Source of the DNA: an uncultured Pseudobdellovibrionaceae bacterium
GTDB lineage: Bacteria > Bdellovibrionota > Bdellovibrionia > Bdellovibrionales > JAGQZY01
Assembly (NCBI GenBank): GCA_964588335.1
Contig: CAZPOV010000020.1
Coordinates: forward strand, 1 to 64,000
Direction of reading: 5' to 3'
DNA: 64,000 nucleotides
The number at the start of each line of letters is the position of its first letter. Within the stretch, counting starts at the first letter, position 1. A model generated the notes under the pieces. The model was not told the DNA's origin. It saw only the letters and a program-made list of their open reading frames with translations, and did not search any database. The translations under genes and the position numbers were made by a program. Below are positions 1 to 9,648 of the stretch, piece by piece.

Positions 1-404
1 CCAAGATTGGCAAACTCGAGGTCATTCTGCTCTTGCAACCAACGCAAAGAGGTTGACGTCCCGGTTTGCCAATTCTTACTAACCCCTAAGCTCCATTGAG
101 TCTGTTGAGCTCGTAGAGGTTGGAACGGATTGGTTTTCACCGATTGGTCGTCTGAATACCCCACCGAACCGGTGAGAATCGTGTCCGTCAAGCTGTCCAC
201 TTGCAGCTCTTCAATCTCAGAACTGGCGTAATCATATTTCAAGACGCGATAGGCTTGGGCTTTTTCAACAGCGGTTTTAATAACAAAGGGTAAGGTCAGA
301 GTTTGCCCTGGAATTTGATTCAGATAAGCCTGGGCGTCGGGTGGTAGAGCTCCGAAGCTCGGGTGCGCAAACAAAACAACGATGAGATAACAAAGCTTTT
401 TCAT
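1..404 (-). CDS. Outer-membrane efflux (TolC/OEP-like) protein, N-terminal fragment; the gene runs off the left edge of the window
   Basis: Not in the ORF track because it is open at the window edge. My manual reverse-strand translation starts at the ATG (complement of 402-404) and gives MKKLCYLIVVLFAHPSFGALPPDAQAYLNQIPGQTLTLPFVIKTAVEKAQAYRVLKYDYASSEIEELQVDS..., with no stop down to position 1. It has a signal peptide, and the N-terminal pattern resembles OEP/TolC proteins. Only ~134 aa are visible. Confidence 0.45.
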   Translation of the reverse strand, partial: MKKLCYLIVVLFAHPSFGALPPDAQAYLNQIPGQTLTLPFVIKTAVEKAQAYRVLKYDYASSEIEELQVDSLTDTILTGSVGYSDDQSVKTNPFQPLRAQQTQWSLGVSKNWQTGTSTSLRWLQEQNDLEFANL

Positions 405-516
405 GGGCCATGCGAGCGTACTGCAAGCTCTTTTCTGAAGTCAACGTCAGGACTCCATTCATTTTTATGTCAATTTATGGATAGACAAAAAATAAAATAA
501 CAAGAATACTCGGTGC

Positions 517-1416
517 ATGTCTTATATCGCCGCCATTGATATCGGCTCCAATGCTATTCGCCTGGCCATTGCACATAAACGTCGAGGAAAAGTTCATATT
601 TCCTATAAGTCGCGCGAGCCCGTTCGCCTGGGGAGTTCCGTGTTCGCCACCGGGCGAATTGATGAGCCCATTCTTAAGGATCTAAAAGGTGCTCTGGTTC
701 AATTCCGTAACCAGTTGGAAAACCATAATGTGCTTAAATATCGTGCAATCGCCACCAGCGCCATGCGCGAGGCTGGCAACAGCGATGAAGTGGTTGAGGT
801 GCTCAACCAAGAAACCGGTATCAAAATTGAAGTGATCTCCGGCGAAGAAGAGGCCCGCTTGGTATCAACCGCCATTTCACAAAAGGTGGACTTGTCTGAA
901 GGCAATCATTTATTGATCGATATTGGCGGCGGCAGCATTGAATTGGTCGCACTTGTTGATGGCAAAACAGTCAAAAAGGAAAGTTTTGTATTGGGTATGG
1001 TGCGAGTCCTTGAATTGCAAAAAAAGCGCAAGGAAAAATTGCTGAAATGGTTCCCTCAGTATGTCAGTGATCAGGTGGCTGAGTTTTTTAAAGACCTACC
1101 GCCTCTGCACACCGCAGTTGGAACCGGCGGCAACATGGACCGCTTTATTAAGCTCAAACCCCATGTCAGCAAAGATTCGGGAATGGATTTAAGTCACAAA
1201 CAAATGGGCTTGGTCTACGACCTTCTAGCCGCCGTCAGTTATGAAGAGAGAATAAAAAAATTCTCTCTTAAGCCCGACCGCGCCGACGTTATCATTCCAG
1301 CGGCGATTGCGACTTTAGAATTCATGAACATTGGTCAGTGTGACAAAATTTTATTTCCGCAAGTGGGAATAAAAGATGGTGTTCTTCAAGAGCTTTTCTC
1401 TGGACTGGAAAACTGA
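517..1416 (+). CDS. Ppx/GppA-family phosphatase (short form, N-terminal ASKHA-type domains only)
   Basis: The N-terminus IAAIDIGSNAIRLAIA and the later LLIDIGGGSIEL are the two phosphate-binding motifs of Ppx/GppA. At 299 aa it lacks the long C-terminal region of E. coli Ppx. Confidence 0.8.
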   Translation: MSYIAAIDIGSNAIRLAIAHKRRGKVHISYKSREPVRLGSSVFATGRIDEPILKDLKGALVQFRNQLENHNVLKYRAIATSAMREAGNSDEVVEVLNQETGIKIEVISGEEEARLVSTAISQKVDLSEGNHLLIDIGGGSIELVALVDGKTVKKESFVLGMVRVLELQKKRKEKLLKWFPQYVSDQVAEFFKDLPPLHTAVGTGGNMDRFIKLKPHVSKDSGMDLSHKQMGLVYDLLAAVSYEERIKKFSLKPDRADVIIPAAIATLEFMNIGQCDKILFPQVGIKDGVLQELFSGLEN

Positions 1417-3515
1417 CAACGAGCTTGCGTCAATCGCATCAGTTGTTCCTGGGAGCTAAGGGCGTCGCCCTGTCCTTTTCGAAGCTGATAATCCCCCGTG
1501 CTGAGCTGATCCCAACCATTGACCGGATCATCGATACTGATTTGTAAAATTTCAAAAAGCTTTCGACATAAAGCCCGATCCTTCACAGGGGTCACCACTT
1601 CGACCCGACCATGCAGATTTCTTCGCATCCAATCGGCAGAGCCAATGTAAAACTGACCGTCCAAACAATCCTCTTTGCCATCTTGGAAAAAGAAAATACG
1701 TGAATGCTCTAAGAACCGCCCTAAAATAGAAATCACTTTGATATTGTCACTTAACCCCTTAACACCAGGGCGTAAACAACAAAATCCGCGCACTATAAGG
1801 TCAATTTTAACACCCGCCTGCGAGGCTTTATAGAGCTCGGAAATAATCTCACGATCTTCAAGTGAGTTAAACTTGGCGATGATTCGCGCCGGTTTGCCTT
1901 TGTTGGCATTTTTTATCTCTTTATCAATGGCCGCCAAAAAACGCGCCTTCATATTCATTGGCGCCACAAGCAAGCTTTTAAACTCTCGTTGGAACGAGCG
2001 ACCGGTTAAAAAATGAAAAAGTTGAACCACATCTTGGGTGATTTCTTTGTCAGCGGTCAACAATCCGACATCGGTGTAAAGGCGGGCTGTTGAACTGTTG
2101 TAGTTACCGGTTCCGATATGGCTGTAGGCGGTGATTTCTTTGCCTTCTTTTCGTAAAACCAATGCCGTTTTACAGTGAGTCTTAAAGCCGATCACCCCAT
2201 AAACCACATGGATGCCGGCTTTCTCCATCTGTTGGGCCCAAAAAATGTTGCGCTCTTCATCAAAACGGGCTTTCAACTCGACCAAGCACACCACTTGCTT
2301 TCCCATCTCAGCGGCGTGAATCAATGAGGAGATAATCGCACTTTTTTCGTTGGTGCGGTACAAAGTCATTTTGATGGCGAGGACATTTTCATCTTCCGAG
2401 GCACTACGGATAAAACGCTCCACCGAGCCTGAGAAACTCTCGTAGGGATGATGCACCAATTGGTCGTTCTGTTTTATCAAATCAAATATGGGTGTCTGAG
2501 TGTCCTGAAACGGAGCCACCACTCGTGGATCCCAAGGTTTATACTTTAAGTTCGGCAACGGCAGGTCCGTGATATCAAATAACGACGAGTAGTCCAAAAG
2601 CCCCGGGACCTCGTAGATATCACTGTCCGTAAGTTCGAGCTCTTCTTTCAACAACTCCACCATCCAAGGGTCGGTGTTGGTTCCTACCTCAAGCCGAACC
2701 GCTTCGGCAAAACGACGTTGGCGAATTTCTTCAGTGATCATATCCAACAGGTCTTCAGCTCCGTCCTCATCACGCTCCAAGTCGGCATTGCGGGTGATTC
2801 GAAAAGGCATGACCTTTAAAATATTCATATCAGGAAATAGGTCCTCGAGATTATGAGCCACCACCTGCAAGAGCGAAACGTAGGAAACCCCGTCGCCTTC
2901 ATCACCCTCCACTTCCACCCAAGGTGGGAAGATTTTGGGAATTTTCACTCTCCCGAACATGATTTCGCCGCCGGTTTTATTTTCAAGCTTGATGGCTAAT
3001 GAGAGTGACAAGTTTGAAATAAACGGAAATGGCAAGGCGTTGTCCACCACCAGCGGAGTTAAAACCGGAAAAATGTTAGAAATATAGAATTCCCGCAAAG
3101 TGGCTTGTTGCTTTTTATTCAGATCCTTCCACTTTTTTAAATGGATATTGTGCTTGGCAAGCTCCGGAATAATATTTTTTTTGTAAAGTTGAGCCACCGC
3201 CTTTGATTCGGCATCCATGAACTCTCTAATTTTCAGCAACTGCTCGTGGGCGGTAAGACCATCATGGGACCGTTTCGCCAACCCGTAGTCGACTTGACGT
3301 TTTAGACCGCCCACCCGTTTCATGACAAATTCATCAAGATTGGAGCTATAGATTCCTAAAAAACGAAGGCGTTCAAGAAGGGGTGTGTCTGGGTTTTCGG
3401 CTTGGTAAAGAACTCGCTTGTTAAACTCGAGCCACTGAACCTCGCGATTCAGAAAGAGTTCATAGTCCTTGGGCTTGGGAGAAGACTGAGATTTACTGCG
3501 TTTCTTTTTTGCCAA
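1386..3515 (-). CDS. ppk: Polyphosphate kinase 1
   Basis: Colinear with E. coli PPK over its full length. Examples: RFLGIYSSNLDEFVMKRV, VELKARFDEERNIFWAQQMEKAGIHVVYG, HIGTGNYNSSTARLYTDVGLLTAD, GSADWMRRNLHGRVEV. Confidence 0.95.
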   Translation of the reverse strand: MAKKKRSKSQSSPKPKDYELFLNREVQWLEFNKRVLYQAENPDTPLLERLRFLGIYSSNLDEFVMKRVGGLKRQVDYGLAKRSHDGLTAHEQLLKIREFMDAESKAVAQLYKKNIIPELAKHNIHLKKWKDLNKKQQATLREFYISNIFPVLTPLVVDNALPFPFISNLSLSLAIKLENKTGGEIMFGRVKIPKIFPPWVEVEGDEGDGVSYVSLLQVVAHNLEDLFPDMNILKVMPFRITRNADLERDEDGAEDLLDMITEEIRQRRFAEAVRLEVGTNTDPWMVELLKEELELTDSDIYEVPGLLDYSSLFDITDLPLPNLKYKPWDPRVVAPFQDTQTPIFDLIKQNDQLVHHPYESFSGSVERFIRSASEDENVLAIKMTLYRTNEKSAIISSLIHAAEMGKQVVCLVELKARFDEERNIFWAQQMEKAGIHVVYGVIGFKTHCKTALVLRKEGKEITAYSHIGTGNYNSSTARLYTDVGLLTADKEITQDVVQLFHFLTGRSFQREFKSLLVAPMNMKARFLAAIDKEIKNANKGKPARIIAKFNSLEDREIISELYKASQAGVKIDLIVRGFCCLRPGVKGLSDNIKVISILGRFLEHSRIFFFQDGKEDCLDGQFYIGSADWMRRNLHGRVEVVTPVKDRALCRKLFEILQISIDDPVNGWDQLSTGDYQLRKGQGDALSSQEQLMRLTQARCQFSSPEKSS

Positions 3516-3752
3516 CTAGCTGTCTCCATCGTTGCCGATACTCTCGACGGGACATCCCTCCATGGCTTCCACACAAAGTTCTTCTTCTTCGGGGCTTTCT
3601 GGTTGCTTGATCACAAAGGCGTGGCCGTCATCTTCATCAAGAGCAAAATGATCCGGCGCTGTAAGGTTGCAGGCCGCACAGTCGATACAGGAACGGTCCA
3701 CATAATAGCGCCCGCCTATATTGTCTTCATATTTGTCGTTGATGTCGGCCAT
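3516..3752 (-). CDS. Small ferredoxin (single Fe-S cluster type)
   Basis: 78 aa and acidic, with a C-x2-C-x2-C motif (CIDCAAC) plus a distal Cys-Pro (EGCPVESI), as in small 3Fe/4Fe ferredoxins. Confidence 0.75.
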   Translation of the reverse strand: MADINDKYEDNIGGRYYVDRSCIDCAACNLTAPDHFALDEDDGHAFVIKQPESPEEEELCVEAMEGCPVESIGNDGDS

Positions 3753-3758
3753 AAGCTC

Positions 3759-4319
3759 CTATGCTCTTTCAACCAGCCACTGCTGGGCTTGCTCACGAAT
3801 AGACTGATAAACACCCGCAAAGACCACCATCCAAGCCATGGTGCTAATCAAAGTCGGCCAATAAAACAAAAGGCCTCCAACGTAGCAAGTTGTCAGGCCT
3901 GTTAAATTAAAAGGCTGGCATTGCGGGGCCTGAAAAAACCAAACGCCAAAGTTTGAAATAACAAAGAAAAGGGTGGCTGATACAGCACCCGTGCCGACAA
4001 AACCGGCGACATTCAAAAAACCTTTTTTCAGCTGGGGGTATCTCTTGGTCAGAGGCACGAAAGCCATGCCGGCCAACGAGCACCCCAATAAGGCTGCGTA
4101 ATTAAAAAGCATACCCTCGTAGAATCCTAAGAAAAAATCCGTTGCCAACCAAGCCAATGCCGGCAAAGCGAAGCCAAGAGGATTTTTACGAGCTAAGAAG
4201 CCTGCAAAGGCACAAATCGCCAGAGCCGGCCCCCAGTTGGCCGAATGAGGCATCAAACGACTGAAAAACAAGGCCACGGCCAGCACCAATAAACTTAATA
4301 ATAAAGGTTTCGTTTTCAT
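3759..4319 (-). CDS. Small polytopic membrane protein, family not recognised with confidence
   Basis: I trimmed the track ORF to the internal ATG at 4319 (MKTKPLLLSLLVLAVALFF...). It has about 5-6 hydrophobic segments. The 62 codons upstream look non-coding. Confidence 0.5.
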   Translation of the reverse strand: MKTKPLLLSLLVLAVALFFSRLMPHSANWGPALAICAFAGFLARKNPLGFALPALAWLATDFFLGFYEGMLFNYAALLGCSLAGMAFVPLTKRYPQLKKGFLNVAGFVGTGAVSATLFFVISNFGVWFFQAPQCQPFNLTGLTTCYVGGLLFYWPTLISTMAWMVVFAGVYQSIREQAQQWLVERA

Positions 4320-4479
4320 AAGAAATCTCCCAAAAACCACAATTAACACAGCCGTTGAAACCCCACAAGTAAAGGGCGGGGATATTAGGAACTTATGTTG
4401 CTGAATGCTTCGCATCAAGACCCAACATATCAGGTGAAAGGGACTATGATCTTGGAAACAGGAACCTAGGGCTGACTCA

Positions 4480-5511
4480 ATGATCAATTGGCTGGTATTT
4501 TCCACATTTGTACTCTCAATGGCGATGACAATCCTCGGGTTGCTGGTGGATTTGACTTATCAAGTTCGAGTGGCACCACAAATAGAATCGCTGCACCAGC
4601 AGCAAAGAAAAATTCTGCCCGACTACCTGGCAGACAGTAAGAAATATCACCAACATGCGGTTTTTCGCCCCAAGCTTTCTTCACGGCAGGACTTTTCCCA
4701 ACTTTTAGAAAAAATTCAACGGGGTGATTTGCAGAAGCCTCTGATTGATGAAAAAGTGAAAAAATCCATTTATTCAATGGGACCCAATTGGCTTGATCAA
4801 AAACACAAAATCCCGAAATTGGAGCCCGTGGAGTTGCTGTTTTCAGAGATTGAAGACTATGACCACTGGACGCTCCCTTTCGATCCTGACAACAATGTCG
4901 CCAGTGACTTGATCGTCGCCGACCAAATCTTTTTGGCCTGGACTTTTCACTTCCAACCGATTGCCCTCAGGCAAGCCTTAGAAAAATCAAGACACTTAAG
5001 TCGGATCCTTTTAAGCACTCAAGATTTAAATTTTCAAAGAGCAGGCCTATCTCTTCTTGAAAAAGAGAATGAACTTTTGGCATTCTTAAAATCCCGCTAT
5101 CGCAATTACCAAATTTTGTGGACGCCGGTGAGCCAGCAAGAGCTCAAAGCTTTCCGTTACCATTTGCGACAGACGGCGCGCTTCCTGAGCCCGTTAACAG
5201 AACCCAAACTTTTTCAAAAGGTTTTCTTTTCCAAACGAGTCCCCATAGCATTCTGTTCCATAGCCAAAGAAAAAATGCAGATGCTGCTATGGTCGCAAAA
5301 ATTTTTACAACCTCGTTTTCCCTTGGAACCTAACTTTTCAGAAACCATCGAAAACATTGTTAAGCTAGAGGACAAAGTGAAGACCGAGTGTCAAAATTGG
5401 AAATCTCCTCCTTCGCCTCAGGTGACGTGGTTTCAACATATTCCCTATTATCGTCGAATCTATGGCACAAAAATGATGTTCCATGCGGAAAAAAAACGAA
5501 AGATATTATGA
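4480..5511 (+). CDS. Hypothetical protein with N-terminal transmembrane anchor
   Basis: Long ORF with a TM segment at the N-terminus (VFSTFVLSMAMTILGLLV). Its stop overlaps the next gene's start (ATGA at 5508-5511), which suggests an operon with the glycosyltransferase. Confidence 0.5.
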   Translation: MINWLVFSTFVLSMAMTILGLLVDLTYQVRVAPQIESLHQQQRKILPDYLADSKKYHQHAVFRPKLSSRQDFSQLLEKIQRGDLQKPLIDEKVKKSIYSMGPNWLDQKHKIPKLEPVELLFSEIEDYDHWTLPFDPDNNVASDLIVADQIFLAWTFHFQPIALRQALEKSRHLSRILLSTQDLNFQRAGLSLLEKENELLAFLKSRYRNYQILWTPVSQQELKAFRYHLRQTARFLSPLTEPKLFQKVFFSKRVPIAFCSIAKEKMQMLLWSQKFLQPRFPLEPNFSETIENIVKLEDKVKTECQNWKSPPSPQVTWFQHIPYYRRIYGTKMMFHAEKKRKIL

Positions 5512-6626
5512 AAAAGAAGTTCTTACATATTTGCTTATCGGAAAGTTGGGGCGGCCTGGAGATGGCGGTCAGTAAATGGAATGAAATTTTACGGGAACAC
5601 GGCCATTACAATATGAATATTTGCACCCCCGACTCGCCCCTGTCGGAGGATTTGAAAATGAAAGCCCTACCGGTCAACGAATGGGTGAGCGCGCATTATT
5701 TTTCACCGGACTTCACTTGGAAACTTCGCAAATTGGTGCAGGAAAAACAGTTTGATTACGTGATGCTACAGAATCTTCGCGACCTGTGGATCGTTTCGCC
5801 AGCTCTTTACAAGACACCGAACACCCAACTGATTGGCTTTGCGCAAATGCTTTTGGGGGTTAAGAAAAAAGACTTATTGCATCGTTTGGTGTACAGCCGA
5901 CTCGATCACCTGCTCACCTTGACGGACTGGCAGGTTGAAGCCCTGAAACCCTACCTTCCGGTGCCGGCCAACAAGTATGATACGATTCCCAATTTTGTCG
6001 ACACACGGCATTTTCACCCGGCTCATCGCAGCGATAGCTTTCGCTACCAACAAGGCTTTAAATCCGAAGATTTTGTGATCGGAGTGATTGGTCGCATCGA
6101 TGAACAGAAAGGACAATTGGAGCTAGTAAAAGCCTTTCATAAAATTGCTGACAAATACCCATCGGCGCATTTGATGATTGTTGGGGAACCGACTCGGGGC
6201 GAGCCCCAGCAAGAGCAGTACTTTCAATTTATTAAAAGTCAAATTGCCAAGGTCAACCGAGAGAGTCGAATTCACTTTCGAGGATTCCAAAAAGACACCC
6301 GTAAACTGTTCGCCAATTTTGATCTGTTCGTTCTTCCCTCGCATCAAGAAACATTTGGATTTGTGGTTGTTGAGGCGATGGCCAGCGGAACTCCGGTCTT
6401 AGGAACCAATGCCGGAGGCGTTCCAGAGATTTTACAGCAGGGTGAATGTGGCTTTTTATGTGAGCCTAAAAACTCCGCCGATCTTGCTGAAAAACTGGAT
6501 TACATTTTGTCTCATACCGAAGAACGGCAAGCCACTCGTGATAAAGGCATGGCAAGAGCCCGGGCCTTCTACGATAGGCAAGCGGTTTATGGACGCTTTA
6601 TGAAAGTTCTTGAGTCTTCGAAATAA
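5508..6626 (+). CDS. Glycosyltransferase, GT4 (GT-B fold) family
   Basis: Start moved to MKKKFLHICLSESWGGLE (ATG 5508). The C-terminal half carries the typical GT4 pattern: VIGRIDEQKGQ...FDLFVLPSHQETFGFVVVEAMASGTPVLGTNAGGVPEIL. Confidence 0.85.
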   Translation: MKKKFLHICLSESWGGLEMAVSKWNEILREHGHYNMNICTPDSPLSEDLKMKALPVNEWVSAHYFSPDFTWKLRKLVQEKQFDYVMLQNLRDLWIVSPALYKTPNTQLIGFAQMLLGVKKKDLLHRLVYSRLDHLLTLTDWQVEALKPYLPVPANKYDTIPNFVDTRHFHPAHRSDSFRYQQGFKSEDFVIGVIGRIDEQKGQLELVKAFHKIADKYPSAHLMIVGEPTRGEPQQEQYFQFIKSQIAKVNRESRIHFRGFQKDTRKLFANFDLFVLPSHQETFGFVVVEAMASGTPVLGTNAGGVPEILQQGECGFLCEPKNSADLAEKLDYILSHTEERQATRDKGMARARAFYDRQAVYGRFMKVLESSK

Positions 6627-7590
6627 AATCCAAACCTTTTAATTGAGCGCGCCCAAGACTGTGATTAGAAACCGGCAAGGTACTAACCATCGACGAAAGA
6701 GTTTGAATAAACGTCATCGATAATTTGCTGAGATCGATCACATGCCCCTGATCGAGCAGAGGAATCACCGGCTGCTGTAATCTCTGATAGGGCGAAAACG
6801 GAATAATTCCATCATTCGGTCCCCAGGCTCGCAACTTTTCGCGATCTCTCCACTCGTTATTACTCATTGAACTTTTCAAACCTAAAAAATGAACGGTTTT
6901 TATTTTATGACTCAACAATTGATTTTTAAAGTGATTCTGCTCACACGAAAAAGTTCGCTGCGAGGGCGTGGTATTGAAAAACATGCGAACTTTGTTTGAA
7001 CAGTCAAAACGTGGCGATCCAAAAATCAATCCCGATAAATTCATCCATCCTTTTATCGAAGCCAGATCGGAGGCCTCACTTTTATCAAGCATCACCCGCA
7101 CAAAAGCCGATCCAAAAGAGAAAGACACAAGCAAGACTTTACGTTTTTGTTTGTTTTTTTCGAGGATCAGTTGATGCAGTCTTTTGGCTCCATGGATCAC
7201 TCGATCGGTATTGAGTTGAGCCTGACTGACATGAGAAAATCCTGCACTGGTCGCCAACCCCATGGATTGCCGCTTCATTTGTTGAATCACCGGTTGGGTC
7301 AATGAACCGCGCGGAGGAAGAACCAACAGAACGTCGAAATCACGATTCAAGCGATTGCTATTTTCTTTGTGTAATTCGATTTCTCGGCGAAAACGCTTGT
7401 AGCGATTCTGGTTGCTGAAGTAAATTTGCGCATAGACCATGGCGCCAGCAAGACCAATCCGGTTTTTCACTCGCACAAAATCTTGGTCGGGATCAATATC
7501 GTATGCCCGGCGAGCCTGATAATAGGCATCGGTCGATTCTAAATCTCGATTTTTGAAAAATGATCCCAACATATAAAACCCCCGGAACAA
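6598..7590 (-). CDS. Hypothetical protein (possible alpha/beta-hydrolase-like)
   Basis: 330-aa ORF. The only hint is VLLVSFSFGSAFV, a weak GxSxG-like nucleophile-elbow candidate. No family recognised. Confidence 0.45.
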   Translation of the reverse strand: MFRGFYMLGSFFKNRDLESTDAYYQARRAYDIDPDQDFVRVKNRIGLAGAMVYAQIYFSNQNRYKRFRREIELHKENSNRLNRDFDVLLVLPPRGSLTQPVIQQMKRQSMGLATSAGFSHVSQAQLNTDRVIHGAKRLHQLILEKNKQKRKVLLVSFSFGSAFVRVMLDKSEASDLASIKGWMNLSGLIFGSPRFDCSNKVRMFFNTTPSQRTFSCEQNHFKNQLLSHKIKTVHFLGLKSSMSNNEWRDREKLRAWGPNDGIIPFSPYQRLQQPVIPLLDQGHVIDLSKLSMTFIQTLSSMVSTLPVSNHSLGRAQLKGLDFISKTQELS

Positions 7591-7664
7591 TTAGGTTCCA
7601 GGGGTATCATAGCTTTTTTTTTTGAAATTATCTGCACTGTCGTCGAGCAACCTCGACCTTGGTC

Positions 7665-8237
7665 TTAAGAGGACTTCTCTTTCTTCTGCTCTTGATCACG
7701 TTTGTAAATTTGCGCTTTCAGATCGTTCTCACAAATCTCAACTTTTTCGCGGTACTCATCTTCACGCTTTTGCAAGGTTTTCTTATATCCTTTGAAGCGA
7801 TCGATGCGGTCTTTCAAATATTCTTGAGAGACGCCAACCAACTTATCTTTACTGTAGCCAACGTCAAATTCATCTTCTTTGTCGGTGATACGATCAATTG
7901 GCTCAGTCCACTTCAATTTTCCATTGCCTCCGTTGCGAGGGTTTACGAGCTCGGCACGACACTTCTTAAGGACGCCGTAAAGTCCTTGCGAACCATATTT
8001 ACGGTTGCCGTAAACTCGATCCTCAAGACTGTAAACATTGATGTGCAAACGTCGAAGCTCTTCAGCCATATCGACTTTCTTTTGGTAGACCATGTCGCCA
8101 TCTTTTACACCAATACTTTCTTCGTTATTGAGTGACTTTTCCTTTTCCATGGAGGTGTCAATTTCTTTGGCCTTATGAGGATTGGAAGCGCAATAACATA
8201 GGACCAGGGGTAACAATAAAAGACTTAGCATTCTCAT
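7665..8237 (-). CDS. Secreted/lipoprotein-like hypothetical protein
   Basis: Signal peptide MRMLSLLLLPLVLCYCAS followed by a charged, K/E-rich mature part. An aaggag Shine-Dalgarno sits 7 nt upstream of the start. The antisense ORF 7659..8135 is F/L-rich shadow sequence. Confidence 0.6.
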   Translation of the reverse strand: MRMLSLLLLPLVLCYCASNPHKAKEIDTSMEKEKSLNNEESIGVKDGDMVYQKKVDMAEELRRLHINVYSLEDRVYGNRKYGSQGLYGVLKKCRAELVNPRNGGNGKLKWTEPIDRITDKEDEFDVGYSKDKLVGVSQEYLKDRIDRFKGYKKTLQKREDEYREKVEICENDLKAQIYKRDQEQKKEKSS

Positions 8238-8379
8238 AGGAAACTCCTTTTTTGAGCTCTTGCATTGTTTATTTACCCATGATTATAGCCTGGGAACAAG
8301 TGGCGTGGTTGTGCAGGCGAGTCAATGGTCCAAACCCTAGACCGAGTGGCTGAGACACCATGGTGTTAGCCAGCTGTGC

Positions 8380-8414
8380 AAAAAAAAGGCGTTATTCTCA
8401 AACTGATACGCCTT
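8380..8414 (-). terminator. Hairpin plus T-run (read on the minus strand) inside a divergent promoter region
   Basis: The plus strand reads aaaaaaaaGGCGTtattctcaaactgatACGCCtt. On the minus strand this is a 7-bp stem (aaggcgt/acgcctt) followed by a run of T. Nothing annotated lies upstream of it on that strand. Confidence 0.35.
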
Positions 8415-8481
8415 ATTGAGCTCCCGGCTGGCAAAGTCTTTGCATGTATAGAAAGGTAATGATGCCGGAGGGGGTATTAAA

Positions 8482-8808
8482 ATGAAAACAACTAAGATTT
8501 TCCTAATCATTGTTTTGGCTTACTTCACGTCCATGACGGCCAACGCTCGTGACGTTGACGAATCTCAACTGTTGTTGCGTGAAGCTATGATGAATTCTAA
8601 TGCTGATTACAATAAGCACAAGAAGAAAATGAACCACGAGGAATTTGACCGAGCCGATGAGTGGGGCGAACGCGATACCCAAGCCATCGTTATCGATGCC
8701 GCTGGCGCCAACATCGATGGCTTCACTGAGCTGAAAAAAGAAGTTGGTCAAGATCGCGAAGTTTCATCTCACTACGACGATGAATATGACGAAAAAATGC
8801 AAGACTGA
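8482..8808 (+). CDS. Small secreted acidic hypothetical protein
   Basis: Signal peptide MKTTKIFLIIVLAYFTSMTANA with a ggaggg Shine-Dalgarno upstream. No family recognised. Confidence 0.5.
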   Translation: MKTTKIFLIIVLAYFTSMTANARDVDESQLLLREAMMNSNADYNKHKKKMNHEEFDRADEWGERDTQAIVIDAAGANIDGFTELKKEVGQDREVSSHYDDEYDEKMQD

Positions 8809-8882
8809 CACTTTAAAGCCACAGGCAATACCAGTTTGATACAAAGCTTGTGAGCCTGCTTTAAATTAGAGAAAATAGGAGA

Positions 8883-9620
8883 ATGGTCACTCGAAACCTT
8901 CTCCTTTTCTTTTTTAGCCTGCTCTTGGTCAGTCCCGCCCAAGGATATGACTTCAACAAATCAATCCGTGAAAAGCAGCGTGCCAAAGATGCCAAACGCT
9001 GGAGCTTGAGCGAGTGGCTCGCCCAGAAGAGTCGCAACCAGCAAATGGACGCTTGGCTCGGTTACAACCTTCCCAGTCCCTACGAATTTTATCTCAGCGT
9101 CGACACCTCAACAGTCGAGCAAGAGGTTACTGTCAACGATCTCAGTTCGTCTCAATCTTTTCGAAATTACCGTGGAGCTTTAGCCGCGTATGTTACCATG
9201 GTCGGACTTTACGGAGAATATGAGACCTCGGATGAAGAACTGGAACAGTGGAAGGCTTTATTTCTGTTTCGTATTTGGGGCACCTCCGATCAATCGACAA
9301 ATTTGACATTGCACTATGGCCTGATGAATCAAGATTTCAATGACGACCCCACCCAATTTCAAGTCGGCGGCGGCCGCATGAGCCTTTATCTTATCAAAGC
9401 CTTTGGCCTCACAGGGTCCTACGATTACATTTTTAAAGCTGAATCCGAAGCGGGTATCGAACAGAACGGATCTCGCTATGAAGCCGGAGCATTTATTGAA
9501 TATGGGGCTTTCAGAATCTATGGATCATGGTATGAAGAGACCATGGAATTGCTTAACAATTCTGTAGAAAGTGAACGCGTTCGCAAAGGAATTTTATTTG
9601 GCGGTCGCTTGTATTTTTAA
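8883..9620 (+). CDS. Putative outer-membrane beta-barrel protein
   Basis: Signal peptide (LLLFFFSLLLVSPAQG), alternating amphipathic strands, and a C-terminal ...GGRLYF ending in Phe, typical of BAM substrates. Confidence 0.5.
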   Translation: MVTRNLLLFFFSLLLVSPAQGYDFNKSIREKQRAKDAKRWSLSEWLAQKSRNQQMDAWLGYNLPSPYEFYLSVDTSTVEQEVTVNDLSSSQSFRNYRGALAAYVTMVGLYGEYETSDEELEQWKALFLFRIWGTSDQSTNLTLHYGLMNQDFNDDPTQFQVGGGRMSLYLIKAFGLTGSYDYIFKAESEAGIEQNGSRYEAGAFIEYGAFRIYGSWYEETMELLNNSVESERVRKGILFGGRLYF

Positions 9621-9648
9621 TTGATGTCAGCCACGAGGTTGTTTCGCC

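Noticed and set aside
277-462. Track ORF of 61 aa on the minus strand
   Set aside because: It is out of frame with, and overlaps, the much better signal-peptide-bearing ORF that starts at 404 and runs off the window. Its sequence has no recognisable features.
3402-3905. 167-aa plus-strand ORF spanning the ppk1 start, the ferredoxin and the membrane gene
   Set aside because: It is antisense to three well-supported minus-strand genes. Its composition is hydrophobic and low-complexity, typical of a shadow ORF.
7659-8135. 158-aa plus-strand ORF antisense to the 7665..8237 lipoprotein gene
   Set aside because: It is an F/L/I-rich shadow of a K/E-rich gene. The minus-strand ORF has a signal peptide and a Shine-Dalgarno sequence.
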